From assembly GCA_951406725.2 (NCBI GenBank), contig OX597832.1, forward strand, positions 20,956,001-21,020,000: 64,000 nt of DNA, written 5' to 3'. The number at the start of each line of letters is the position of its first letter. Within the stretch, counting starts at the first letter, position 1. The translations under genes and the position numbers were made by a program. This DNA is from Octopus vulgaris. Lineage: Eukaryota. Of the stretch, positions 13,666-29,010 are shown piece by piece. A model generated the notes under the pieces. That model did no database searches and was not told the DNA's origin. It saw only the letters and a program-made list of their open reading frames with translations.

Positions 13666-14224
13666 TGTATGTATATCTCTATATATACTTATGTATATAT
13701 ATACCTATATACATATATACATATATATAAATATATGTATGTGTGTATTTATGTATGTATGTATGTATGTATGTAAGTGTGTATGTATGTACGTATGTAT
13801 ATATATATATAATTTATCTGCTGCAGAAGCGTGAGTGAGAAGAGAACTCAGTCTGAAGTTTCGGCAAAATCAAAACAGTGCACTATGTGTAGGTACAAGG
13901 AAAAGATGTCCAGTTAAATTCCTCTCAATGTTAGAACCAATCCGCTATTACCAAGAAAATAACAATGGACACGATGCAATAGGTAATGTGGCTAGACTTT
14001 CACTCGTATTTAAATAAAAACATGGTATTTCCCATTGGTAATATATCAAAAACGAAACAAACACAGCTCAGAGATATGACTGACACAGCAGGATAGATTC
14101 AGGCTCCCTATTACCCCACCTGCATCACACACAAACTTGTACACATACAAACTACTTCTCTACCTTTATGCGTGCGTATGTACGTGTGTGTGAGCGTTTG
14201 TGTGTACGTGTGTGACTTATTGTT

Positions 14225-14410
14225 TCGGGTACGGCACTCATAGTCGTAAGATTGTTGTTTCGACTACTCAACTGGACGATGCAATGTACCTATGAGCAAA
14301 ACTCTTCGTTACACGCTGTTCCAGTTGTATCAGTTGATAGAAAGGAGTAGTCCTCAATTGACCAGCGTCTCGTCGAGGGTGGGGGTGGGGATATATATGC
14401 CACAGAATTT
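14225..14410 (+). mobile_element. Degraded SINE, family D
   Basis: Aligns by eye to 15666-15910 (ctcatagtcgtaagattg.., tgtacctatgagcaaaactctt..ttccagt). Confidence 0.5.
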
Positions 14411-14606
14411 ACATGCATAACATACATGAATATATGCAAATACACATATATACACTGCTTTACGCCTACCCGAAATGAATAATAAAATATGACGCTCTGC
14501 TCTATTTTTACGCTATAATTCTGTGTGATTAGTCGAACTTTGTGTTAGTATACGAAACTATTTCGTGCCATAGACTAGATATTATTGGATAGATAGATAG
14601 GCAGAC

Positions 14607-14648
<42 letters not shown>

Positions 14649-15665
14649 AGAGAGAGAGAGAGAGAGACACACAGACAGACAGACAGACAGACAGACACAC
14701 AAACATACAAACGGACAGATAGACAGACAAACGGATAGACAGACAAGACAAGCGTAAGATATATATACCCATGACAAACAATGAGAAATATAAAAAGACA
14801 CTTAAAAAATTGCCACAACGCCATCAACTTTGAAGGGAGGTTTTTGTCGATTACACCGAACTAAGTACTTCATTGATCCTTTATTTTATCAACTTCGTTT
14901 AGGTAAAGACACCCTTAATCTTAGCAAGGTATGAATGCAGAAAACATTTTAAATGACCTAATACATTGACGTTTTGATAAAATTGCTTTATAACACCTTA
15001 AATAGAAACACAAATAATTATTTCTAAGAGGTGCATAAGGTCGCATATTTGAATTGGGGAATGATTAGGGGAGAAGAAACTGGTTACTTGAAAAAAAACT
15101 TATAATGATGAAAGGTTTAATTGCCATTAATATGGTTTGATCTCAAATCGTATTTGTATTCAATTAGACAGGTTCTATGCGATTGTACGTATTCGACCAT
15201 CCTACGTTTCCCCTCTGAATATAAATAAAGAATTCACACTGGTAATATTTACCAAAATATACAAGGGACTGAGTGTTTGGATTTTACTGATTTCGTTGTT
15301 GAGATGAAGTTGTTGAATGGTAAAAGATGACGACGACGAAATATGGAAACGCAAAGGAAAGGGACATAACTCAATATAGCTATGGTATCCGTAGGCCGCT
15401 CAAGCTGTTGACGGAAATTTTTACGCATTTAAGTATGTAAATCATACGAACGAAGGGTCATGTATAGGTTCGCTCGACTTAACGAAAACAGCAGCCAAAT
15501 CTTCCTCAAATTACATACACCTTACAAAGCGGCAACACGTTGATCATCCCTACCAGCTTTTCTTTGATGTCGGTTTGGTTTTGTTTCTTTTTTCTTTTTA
15601 GGCCTGGTGACTTTTTGCCAATTAGGCTCTTCATCGTGCTATTCCGCTAACCCCTGAGTCACAGT

Positions 15666-15910
15666 GAAGGCCCGTGTCCTAGTGGTTAAGGTATTCGGCT
15701 CATGATAGTAAGGTCGTGAGTTCAACTACCGGCAACGCATTGTGTCCTTGAGTAAGACACTTTATTTCACATTGCTCCAGTCCACTCGGCTGGAGACACT
15801 GAGTAGTACCTGTATTTTATAAGGGCCAGCCTTGTCACATTCACGCGCAGGCTATTCCGTTGAGCGGATAAACTGGAAACCTCGTCCTCGTAACCGAACA
15901 GAGTGCCAGC
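15666..15910 (+). mobile_element. tRNA-derived SINE, family D
   Basis: ctagtggttaagg..gtgagttcaactacc (A/B-box-like), then tgtgtccttgagtaagacactt..ttgctccagtccactcggctg, a conserved SINE central-domain-like motif. Confidence 0.7.
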
Positions 15911-16527
15911 TTCGAACCCTTCATTACAGGATATATCTAAGTGCTCTGAAAGAGCGAGGGGGATGGATGCCTTGAGAAGATTTTTTGCTATTGTTTTATT
16001 GATAAACTTGTTGTTTTAGAAGATTCTTTTTTCGTTGCTTGTGTTACTGTCTGGAATGTGTACGCGTGTCTGGGGTATCTGTGCTTTTATTTTGGCATAT
16101 TTATTTATGTTTTTTACCGGTGTTGTTTTTGTTGCTGTTTTAATGGTTGCTGTTGATTCTACTGTTAATACCTGATAGATTAGCCGGAGGGCAGGGGTGG
16201 GGAATTGAAGGCGAAAGAAAATTTCGCCTCCCACTCTCCTCTTTTATTAGTCTGGTGAGGAAGATGATGCTATATTAAATTTTATTCAATATTTCGAAGA
16301 GAAATATTTTCTTTACAAAATTTCACCCCTTAAGGCAAATAGCAATAACTCTGGCTCAAACCCTAATGGTCTGCCCAGAGCACGATACACAATACAACAA
16401 CAAAAACCGTAGCAAAAATAGATGTTTAGCAGTGAAAACAAGTAAATAACTCACAGAACGGTCGTGACACGTCTAGTCTTGGCGATAAACAACAGCAACA
16501 GAAACAACACCAACAACAGCAACAACG

Positions 16528-16845
<318 letters not shown>

Positions 16846-17929
16846 TTCTTTCTATTTTAGGCAAAAGTTGGTTAGTTGATTACATTGACCCCTATACTTA
16901 AATGGTGTTTACTTTTCGACCTCGTGGGATGAATCTCAAAGTCTACCTCGGGGAGATTTGTACAACAAATGAAGAGATTCGGCACAAAAGAAAAAAGCGA
17001 ATATGTTTATTATTATTTTAAATTATGATCGGAAATGTTCAGGAGAGAGAATAAGTCGATTGCCTTGTTGTCAGTGCTTGGTTTTTCTTTATATATTATT
17101 TCAATTTGCCCACCCCGGGGAAAAAAGAAAACCAATGCTAACTTGACTGTATTTGAACTGTGATTGTAAAGATTCGAAAACAAACCTTAATAATTATAAT
17201 AAGAAATAAAAAAGATTATTATTTTCTACGCGTATAAGTTATAGTTAACCCTGGGCTGAAGTCAGTTAAATCGACCCTAATATATAGGTGGTAGCTAACT
17301 TCTCTTTAACCTAGAGGGTGGTTTCATAATTACAGACCCAGTTGGGAATCGAACGCAACACAGTGAGATACCGGATGAGAGATTGGGGTACACATCTCAT
17401 TTGGCAGTCTGCTGTGACTGTCTGAATCAGCTTCCTTCATTTATTTTACCAATTTCTTTATCTGAATTATCGCTGTTTTCTCATTCTTGCATGTCTGTCT
17501 GTCTTTCGATCTCACTCTGTGTCTTTCCTTTGCTTCTCTCTCCCTCTCTCGCTCACTCTACCTATATATCTATCTATTTATCTAGTCATCTATGTATGTT
17601 TCAATGTATATATATATATATATATATATATGATTATATATATGTTTATGTGCATATGATTGTGAGTGTATGTCTGCATGGGAGTGTGTATACATATGTG
17701 TGTATATCTTTGTGCAAATATATATATGTTTGTGTGTGTGTCATTGTGTCTGTGTGCGTGAATATGTGTGTCTTTGTATACGCACAAACATAAGTATAGC
17801 TACGCATATTCCAAGTATGTTCTTGCGTGAATGTGTGTGTGTGTGTGTGTTTATATGCATGTTTTTTTTTTTTTTTTTTTTTTTTATATATATATAATAT
17901 ATATATATACATGCATATATATTTTTCTG

Positions 17930-18006
<77 letters not shown>

Positions 18007-18618
18007 GTATATATGTATGTATATATACACATATATATATATTATATATAGATATATATATATTTATACATACTATATATACATATATATATACATTTTT
18101 ATTATATATTAATACATATATATAGAGAAAGACAGTGTGAAATACTTGCATATATATACACACACACGCACAAATATATATATATATATATGTGTGTATG
18201 TATATGTATGTATATATAACCATATATATGTATATACATGAATATATATAATATATTTATGTATATATATATACACATACATACATGTATGTATACGTGT
18301 ACATACGCATAAATATAAGTATACCTGCATACGTAACTAACTACGTACGAAATGTACAGTGATACGTAAATATTGGGTGGCGGAGGGAGTAGGTAAAGAA
18401 GCTCTATCAGCAATCATCTCCTCAATTATCTGCAGGACCAGCATTCCATCCGTTACGGCCATAAATCCACCCCCCTAGTTTCCATTCAAGAGGAAATATA
18501 CCTTCTTTCAGGAAATGCACTAACTCTATACATTAGCAAATAGTTGGGTTTCCGTTTAACCTCCTTCAAAGGAATATTGTTGCGTAGCGATTTTTCCTCG
18601 TTGTGTATATTTGCATAC

Positions 18619-18713
<95 letters not shown>

Positions 18714-18872
18714 TACATATATGTATATATATATATATACAATATATATATATATGCATATATATATAATATATATATATATATGCATATATCAATGTAT
18801 ATATATATGTATACAATATAAATATATATATATATGCATATATATATATGTATATATATATATGTATGCATA

Positions 18873-18915
<43 letters not shown>

Positions 18916-18960
18916 GTATATATATATAAATATATATAATATATATAATATTCATACATA

Positions 18961-18998
<38 letters not shown>

Positions 18999-19841
18999 AA
19001 CACACACACACATATATATATATTTGTATATGTACCTATATATAAATGTACAATCTATATAAGCATATACACTGTTTCCATATATATATATGTGTGTGTG
19101 TGCGTGTGCGCGTGTGAGTGTTTGTGTGAGTGTGTGTGTGTATGCTAGTATGTGTGCATGCTTGTCTTTGTGTGTGTGTTGTGTGTGTGTGTGTGTGCGT
19201 ACACGTGTATATGTGTGTGTATCACGCGCACTTATGTGTATACATCTGTTAAGCAGAGTTTGTAAAGTTGTGTGTGCGCTAAGGCTTGGAAATGCTCTCT
19301 AATGCTACAAAATCATATTCAGTTCTACATAGTGTGTGTGTGTGCGTACACATGTATATATATACAGATATACAAACATATGATATATATATATATATAT
19401 ATATATTGCATATGACATATAATATGAAATATGTATCAGATGGTTATGGTTTACCTCTATGTATATTTTTTTCCTTTTCTGCGTTTTTATATACATATAA
19501 ATGTGCTTTGTATGTAGAGCTATGAAGAAAGGAAATTGATGTTTTTATTTATATATTGATTATTTTTTTTTGCTATTTATCATATATTTATCATACGATT
19601 TTTTTTATGCTATTTTCTTTTCTAGCTTTAAACTTGAAACATGGCATTAAGAAAAACCTATACAGAATTGTTGAAATCACTGTTAGTATCCCTACGGCGA
19701 TTTGTATACATATATATATACATCTATACATATATACATATATGTTTGTATATATGTATATGTATATATATATATGTGTGTGTGTGTGTGACTGTATATA
19801 TAAACATATATGCATACACGCACACACACATATATATATAC

Positions 19842-19882
<41 letters not shown>

Positions 19883-20700
19883 AATATTTATATATATACA
19901 TACATATATATATATTCATATGTGTATGTATATATATATGTATATTTGTTCACACTGATGCACAAAAACAAACACGCACATGCACACAAACTCCCACATA
20001 CACACATATATATATATAGTAATAATTTTATACACCTTGTAGTATGCTGACTAAAGCTCGTTTACATTATTCGGCTACCTGATGTCAATAGCAGTATGGA
20101 TCCCTTCATACCGTGGAGTTTATCTAAACAATGTGTAATATAGAAAACTGAACTGACGAGAGTCTTTATTCAGAACCACTCCGATCGTTTCGATTCGTCA
20201 TGCATCAGTACTTTAATGCTGAGATTCTGTACACTCACCTTTCATGCATAGAAGCCGCAGGTGACATTTGAAAAATTGTATCGCTTTTTGCTTGCTCTTT
20301 CTCTTATTAATATCATTTAACGTATCATTCTATCCTTCGCCATAATAAATGGAGACAGAATGAAGGAATCCCACACATATAAACAATACAATAAGTTATA
20401 AAGGAGAATGAAAACGGAATAAAAAACTGGAATAAAATAAGATGAACTAAAAATGGAACATACTTATAAGGCGCAGTGAAATTATAACATACAATATACG
20501 AGATCGGAGTAGAACAAAAAAGAACATTCGTCATCTGTATAAACCTTTATATTTCATCGAAACAATTTAGTATATGTCTGTGTGTGTGAGTGTCTATGTG
20601 TAGATATTCATATACATACACATACATACATATATGTGTATATATATATACACTCACACGAAAAACACATACACACATCTATCTACCTATCTATCTAACC

Positions 20701-20730
<30 letters not shown>

Positions 20731-20737
<7 letters not shown>

Positions 20738-20892
20738 ACAAGATAAGGGCAGAAGAAAAATTCTAATGCCAAATATGCCGAAACAAAAAATTATCGATAA
20801 CCATTGAATTATAAATTATAATGGTTATCGACAATTTTTGTTTCGGCATATTTGGCATTAGATTTTTCTTCTGCCCTTAACTTGTAAATTAT
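20731..20892. repeat. Long inverted repeat (hairpin), ~75-bp arms, 14-nt loop
   Basis: 20731-20805 is the reverse complement of 20820-20892 apart from 2 substitutions and 2 single-base indels. Confidence 0.95.
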
Positions 20893-21735
20893 GTATAAAT
20901 TTTACATTTAAAGGCATTTTTTGATATGCTGGCCATTGATAAAAATTTTTCCCGAAAAAATATTAATTATATGTATATATATATGCATGTATGTGTATAT
21001 ATATATATGTATCTGTGTATGTGTGTATATGTATATAAATGTATATATCTAAGTATGAGGGTGTGTGTGTGTACACACCTTGCCACAAACGATACGCATG
21101 ACCAACAATCAAAGGACTCCAAGACCCTTAGGCTGCTTTTCATTCAAAAGCCATTTTCTCCTTCCTATTTATCCTTTGTATTTGATTCTTTACGTTCTTT
21201 ACCTCTCACTCGCCGAATACAGACCAAACATCCTGTCACAATTACGCATTTGTGAACTACTATAAACACACGCATCGTACCAACATCATCATGCCACACA
21301 CATATAATACTGCAACGTATTATGTAACCTGATGAGGTTTCTTCTGCACTGTGAGGTGCTTTAAATTCTATTAAATCGTTCCCCATACACAAGGGAGCAG
21401 TACTGATGTAAGCCGTAACGATCGCCGTCCTAAATAATGCTTAGAGTACACCCTGTCTTCCATATCAATTATTTGAGCATAATGAGATACTCATATCTAC
21501 ATGGCTGAAACAGCTGTAAGATCTAGTTTATATTTATATTTATATTTATTTTTATTTATATTTATTTATACGTATTGTACTTATTGTATCATATTACTCA
21601 TTGATGTGCACTGTTTTGTTCTGTATTATTGTGTTTGATCTTGATGGTCATATGTGGTTGGCTAATAAATTATTTGAATGGGTATTATCTGGGAGTTGAT
21701 TATTGATTAAAGTGTATTCCTCCATTTTCTTATTT

Positions 21736-21782
<47 letters not shown>

Positions 21783-21805
21783 TAATTGATATGGAAGATA
21801 TATAT

Positions 21806-21920
21806 GCTTTGCCTTTCATTTTTCGCAGTCGATAAATTAAGTACCAGTTGCGCACTGAGGTTGATCTAATCGACTGGCTCCACCCACCAAAATTTTGGGC
21901 CTGGTGCCTAGAGTAGAAAT
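21806..21920 (+). mobile_element. 5'-truncated family A SINE
   Basis: ctttgcctttcat..gtcgataaattaagtaccagttgcgcactg..gtgcctagagtagaaa. Confidence 0.8.
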
Positions 21921-22313
21921 GAATAAACAGTTTTCCCACTATGCTATCGTAGCAAATTATATGCGCCATTATTCTTCTTTTGCGAGATAGCCACCTCTTT
22001 CAAACATTCTACATTTTCATCTGTCTTCTCACTGTCTTATCATTTTCACTTTTCCCTGTATTTCATTCTATCGTGTTCAGATATCTTTATTATTATTTTT
22101 CTTTCATATCTTTCTACTTCTCTTTCTTTCAGTTAACATCTACGTAAGTCACTTTTTCCGGCAGCGTCGATGGGGTAACACTTGTACATGAAGCCTTGTG
22201 AATTTTTAAACATAGATCTTTAACATTTTAGTCTTGGAGAGCTAACCATTGATAATCATTATCTTTACCCAATATATAAAATATTTTATGGGTTTCTAAT
22301 GTGATATAAGAAC

Positions 22314-22944
22314 TTTTAGATGGGTTGAAAATATGTAAGGCAGAATTCGGAGTAATGATGATATGAAGTCCTATCTAGGTGCTACTATAAAAATGGGTTT
22401 ATGTGTTGGAAACATGTTACTTACAACCTGCAAATGCACAAATATACAAATTCCGTTATGAATTACAGAGATAGTTTTATTTATAATTGTTTTTATCATT
22501 ATGATAAATATTCTAGGGTATTCTCTTTTACTCTAGGTACAAGGCCCATAATTTTGGGGGAGGGAGCCAGACGATTAGATCAAACCCAGTACGCAACTGG
22601 TATTTAATTTATCGGCCCTGAAAGGATAACAGGCAGTGTCGACCTCGGTGAAATTTGAACTTAGAGAGTAAAGACAGACGAAATACTGCTAAGCATTTCG
22701 CCCGGTGTGCTAATGTTTCTGCCAGCTCGCAGCCTTTTTAGATGGGTTGAAAATATGTAAGGCAGAAATCGGAGTAATGACGATATGAAGTCCTATCTAG
22801 GAGCTATTATAAAAATGGCTTACGTGTTGGGAACAGGTTGCTTGCTGAAAATCGAGAACGAGCGAGCTTCGCCCTTTTGCTAAGCATTTCGCCAGGTGTG
22901 CTAACGATTCTGCCAGCTCGCCGCCTTAAATATTCTAGGATATT
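22314..22944. repeat. Direct duplication (422-bp offset) flanking a minus-strand family A SINE (22524-22736)
   Basis: 22314-22422 matches 22736-22843, and 22505-22522 matches 22927-22944, both at offset 422. Confidence 0.85.
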
Positions 22945-23505
22945 AACGAAAGAAGTAAATTGGATATAACTTCTCGGAAGAGCGGTCAACAAAACGGAAA
23001 ACGGTCTGTATGGTGACTCACTCCTTGTAGTATTCAACAAAAGCATTAAAAGAATATATACATGCATGCATGAATGTGTGTGTGTGGGGGGGCGTTCGTG
23101 TATGTGCGTTTCTCTGCGGGATTCATATAGAAAATATCGATGTGCGGTTTCAAAATGTCAACCACTTCATGTAACAACCCGAAACATGCAATTACCTTGT
23201 GCCTTACTTTCATCGTAGGTAACGCATACGTCTGTACATACATACGTGCATCTGTATATCTTTATTTATGTCTATCTATCAATAAATGTATTGATATATA
23301 TATATATACAAACACACATATATATACATATATATACACACATATATCTACATATGTATATATATATTTATATATATATATATATATATGTACAAACTTT
23401 AACTTTCATCTCTCCCTCTTTTCTCCTCCTCTCACTCTCGCTTTCTTTTCATATATATATATTTGTATGTATGTATAAATACATATACGTACATGAATTT
23501 AAGGA

Positions 23506-23554
<49 letters not shown>

Positions 23555-24298
23555 CATACACGCACAAGCATAATTGCATCATGATCTAAATAACAAGGGT
23601 ATAATGAGGTGAAGTTCATTTTATTCTCTTCCACAACCCTTTTTGTGAAACAAGGCAATATTTATGATATTTAAGAGATTATTTTAAGATATTTAAACTT
23701 ACAAAAGGAAAATAATTATTTTAAGGAAGGTTTCCAACAAATTCTAACGAAAACAACGTTTGAAAATTCGAACTGACAAAAAAAAAGTATTTATTTAAAG
23801 GGAAAACGAAAACAAGACGTAAATGTTATAATATTTAGTATCGAATATAAAATTATTCTGTATTATATATTATTTTCTTATTTAAGAATTTTATTTTTCA
23901 AATGTCACAGACAGGAAATAGAGAAGTTAAACCATAAAAAAAGATTGTAATGTAAATGAGAATGAAAATATTTGATGAATATGCAAAAGGCAATAGAAAA
24001 AGTTATATATCATTGTGTTGCCTTGGCAACATTATATTGTAGTGACAGAATACAGAGTATACAGTCCACTTTAAGCCATAACTTCTTAGAGAATTGCCAG
24101 TGAAAGTCCTATCTGAAGACATAAAGAATCTGATGGTTCATTTATTTGTGTACAGGTGTATGACTACATATATATATGTTTGTGTGTATGCATATATATA
24201 TGTGTGTGTATACAGATGTATGTATATACATATCTATATATGTGTATATATATGTATATCTATATATATAAATATATGCATATATGTGTATGCATATA

Positions 24299-24332
<34 letters not shown>

Positions 24333-24615
24333 TTTATAAATATAATACATACGTATATACATACATACATATATATATATGATGACATGTGCATGTGTAT
24401 ATTTGTGAAGATAGATTGGCACATATATAGACATACACATATACATATATATATGTATGTACATATGTTCTGTAGGTGCATACCTGGCTGTGTATACGTA
24501 TACATATATACAAGTACACACTCACATATAGATATATATATATACATGTAGATAGATAAGCAGATAGATAGATATATAAAGGCATATACATATAGATTAC
24601 ATACTTATATGTACT

Positions 24616-24658
<43 letters not shown>

Positions 24659-24666
24659 GTTTAATA

Positions 24667-24721
<55 letters not shown>

Positions 24722-26039
24722 GATAGAGAGAGAGAGCGAACGTGTGTGTTTGTGTGTGCGCGTGACAGAGCATGATAGAGAGAGATACATACATCATATA
24801 TACATAAAGACAGAGAGAGAGAGAGAGAGGGAAAAAGGGACAGAGATAAACCGAGATAGTGATACATATACATATGTATATATTTACGTACATACATACA
24901 CACATATATACATACATGACTATATTTTGTAGACATTTTACCCTGTAATAAAGAACTACCTCCTGACTTCCCATTTCCGAAATGCTTTACTTCAATGCAC
25001 AAGCGACCTTCAGAGTGTCCCAATTCACTCAAAGTCATCACGATTACAATGTCTCTGTCTATGGCCATATCCTGACTGAGAGTGTCTAAATTTCTGTATC
25101 TGTATTTAGGTGTGTATATGTGTGTGAGTACGTGTGTATGTCCGTGTTTGTCTGTGTGTGCGTGTATGGGTTTATCTGCATCATAAATTACGAACAATAA
25201 TGAGGGTCTGACAGATTAAAACTACTATTATATTATGTGCGCATTCACGTGTATGCTCACATACATCGCAAGCAACGCAGCAGGTTATATACATACACAC
25301 GCATGCGATACACACACATACATGTGTGTGTATACGTGTGTGTTTATATGAGTGTGTATGTGAATATCTATACAAATGCGCTCATATATATGTATATATA
25401 TATAAATAAATATATATATATATATATATATCCCCTTATATATACATATATATATATATCTATTTAGTTGTATATATGTATATATATGTATATATATATA
25501 TATATATATACAAATATATGTAAATATATGTGTGCATATATATGCATGTGTGTGTGATTGTGTGAGTGTGTATGTGAACATCTATATATATATATGTATG
25601 TATGTATATATGTATATATATATATACATATTATATATATATATGTATATATATATATGTGTGTATGTATATATATATATATGCTTATATACACATATAC
25701 ATATATTTAGATATGTCTTTGTATACATATGAATATAAGTATGTGTGTGTGTATGCGTGTTTGTACATATATATAGCTTGCTCTGCTTTCTCAAATTGTC
25801 GCATATATGATGTACAAATTTTGGCATAAAAATAGACAAGTATTTTTTATGGTTCCATTAATACTTCAAATCTGCTGCTTCAACGCTCATTTACATAGGT
25901 CTATATTCAGGTACTGCTTCCTAGAAACATAATGAAGCATATTCGTATACAGATGTGAAAGTTTTATGCGGACGCACATAAACAGGCACGCGTGCGTATA
26001 CAAAAAAAAACCTACGCACACACACATATGCACGCACAG

Positions 26040-26560
<521 letters not shown>

Positions 26561-26925
26561 AGAAATGAGTAGTATACGATATGGATTCAGAGGATCTTGC
26601 TGCTATCACAGTTATCACCTTTTACAGACTCGGCTATCAGTTCACAAAGTAATCTTCTGCTTAACTGTTTCAATACTAGATTCTATACTACATGACGAGA
26701 AAATTGCCGTAATATCATAGACGTATCGTGGATAACTAAATATGTATTTACTTCTCATTCTTCTTGACCTTATGGTTACATGTGGATTTATGTTTGAGAG
26801 AATATAAAGTAAATTTCGAGCGGGGAAGAACTCTGAAAACAGCCTACAAATTTGGGTAAATACATTTGGAAGACGAGAAACAATTTCCAGGAGGCGACTT
26901 CAGAGAATCGAACCGTGCGCCTATA

Positions 26926-27408
<483 letters not shown>

Positions 27409-27730
27409 TATACATATATTTATTTTGTTCGCTTGAAATTTTGCATCATGTTTCAATCAATGAACTGTGACCTTGTCAGGTCAATGCCTTAAAAATTGTT
27501 TTGGTCGAGAAATTCGATACCTGTAAATCTTCATTTAGCTTGTTACTCTTTCATTACTTTCACTCTCGTTCTCTTGTAACGAAATGTTGACAGGAACGTA
27601 GGCAAATCAATATCGCTTGACAAACGGCACGGAGAATAAAAGCGAGACGCACGCACAATAAATATATATTCTCTACTCTTACTGTGCTTTCTAAATATTC
27701 TGATCGATTCTTACATATGTTAACAAGCAC

Positions 27731-28135
27731 CTATTTTCTTTAATCATTGCACGGTGATCGCTTGTAAGCTTTAAGCTTATAAAATATTATCATAATTATT
27801 TACAGAATTGTAGAAATCGACGCTGCTTAACAAAAACTATCGCAGTATAAGCACAAGATAGTTTATTTACAAACACAACACTACGAACTAATTATAGTTC
27901 TTAGATCTGAGGAATGAAACAAGTTGTGCGTTAGTATAATGGTAACAAAGTGGTGTGGGTTCGAGTCGCACGCGTACAGGAAACCTACTTTTTTTTCGTT
28001 CAGGGCATATATGCCCCATTATTAGACTATTCTCATTAGTTCTTGAGCGGTGATCGCTGATAACCTGAAACTTATAAACTACTATTAATATTTTATAGAG
28101 AATCATATAAATCGACGCCGCTTCACAAAAATCAT

Positions 28136-28140
<5 letters not shown>
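27731..28140 (+). repeat. ~296-bp-period degenerate direct repeat enclosing a tRNA-like Pol III module
   Basis: 27731-27848 resembles 28027-28143 (cggtgatcgct..cttataaa..aaatcgacgc.gctt.acaaaaa). Between them are TAGTATAATGG, GGTTCGAGTCG and a T8 run. Confidence 0.6.
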
Positions 28141-28178
<38 letters not shown>

Positions 28179-28469
28179 TTTCACTCAGGGACTAGCAGGC
28201 ATGACACTGTTCATTAATCGGTGTACATTCAAACCTATGATTAGTAAATTTCCGCAACCGGTCTGCTTTTGAATCTCTTTAACAATTCACAAATATGACT
28301 TTTTTTTATTCCTACCTCAGTTCATCTAATTTTATATATCTATCGTTACTTTTTCATAAAAAAGCCTTTACTTTTTTGATTTCCAGTGTGCATATTCGCT
28401 TATTTTTCTTCTTACTTTCCCCCTTACATTTCCATGTTCAGTTTCTATTTTCTTTTTGTAACATATTTC

Positions 28470-28509
<40 letters not shown>

Positions 28510-28545
28510 GAATATACGTATACGTGTGGTAATGTATGTATGTAT

Positions 28546-28710
28546 TACGACGGGTTTCCTCCCAGTTTCCTTCCACCAATGTAATTCCCAATGTATTCGC
28601 CGGTCCACGGCTATACTAAAAGACACTTGCCGCAGATGCTGAGCACTGATAATGGATACTGATCTTAAAACCACGTGGTTTCTAAGCGAACTTCGTAAGT
28701 ACACAGCCAA
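28546..28710 (-). mobile_element. Degraded family B SINE head
   Basis: acgacgggtttcctcccagtttcc..gctatactaaaagacacttgcc..accacgtggtt..acacagcca aligns with 27246-27400. Confidence 0.7.
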
Positions 28711-28821
28711 ACCCTTGATGGTATTCTGTATAATAAAATCTTGAATTGATTTGTCGTACGTACATCTAAGTATTATTTTACTGGCAATATGTTCCCTCGT
28801 CATACGTACGACAAAACGTAT

Positions 28822-28865
<44 letters not shown>

Positions 28866-29010
28866 TCTTGTTGTTGTTTTTGTTGCTGTATAGAAGAAGG
28901 ACATGAAGAAGAAGAAGAAGAAGAAGAAGAAGAAGAAGAAGAAGAAGAAGAAGAAGAAGAAGAAGAAGAAGAAGAAGAAGAAGAAGAAGAAGAAGAAGAA
29001 GAAGAAGAAG
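28822..29010. repeat. (GTA)n and (GAA)n microsatellites
   Basis: Directly visible. Confidence 0.95.

Noticed and set aside
24949-24957. taccctgta, matching the 5' end of miR-10
   Set aside because: The match stops after 9 nt and no pre-miRNA hairpin is visible.
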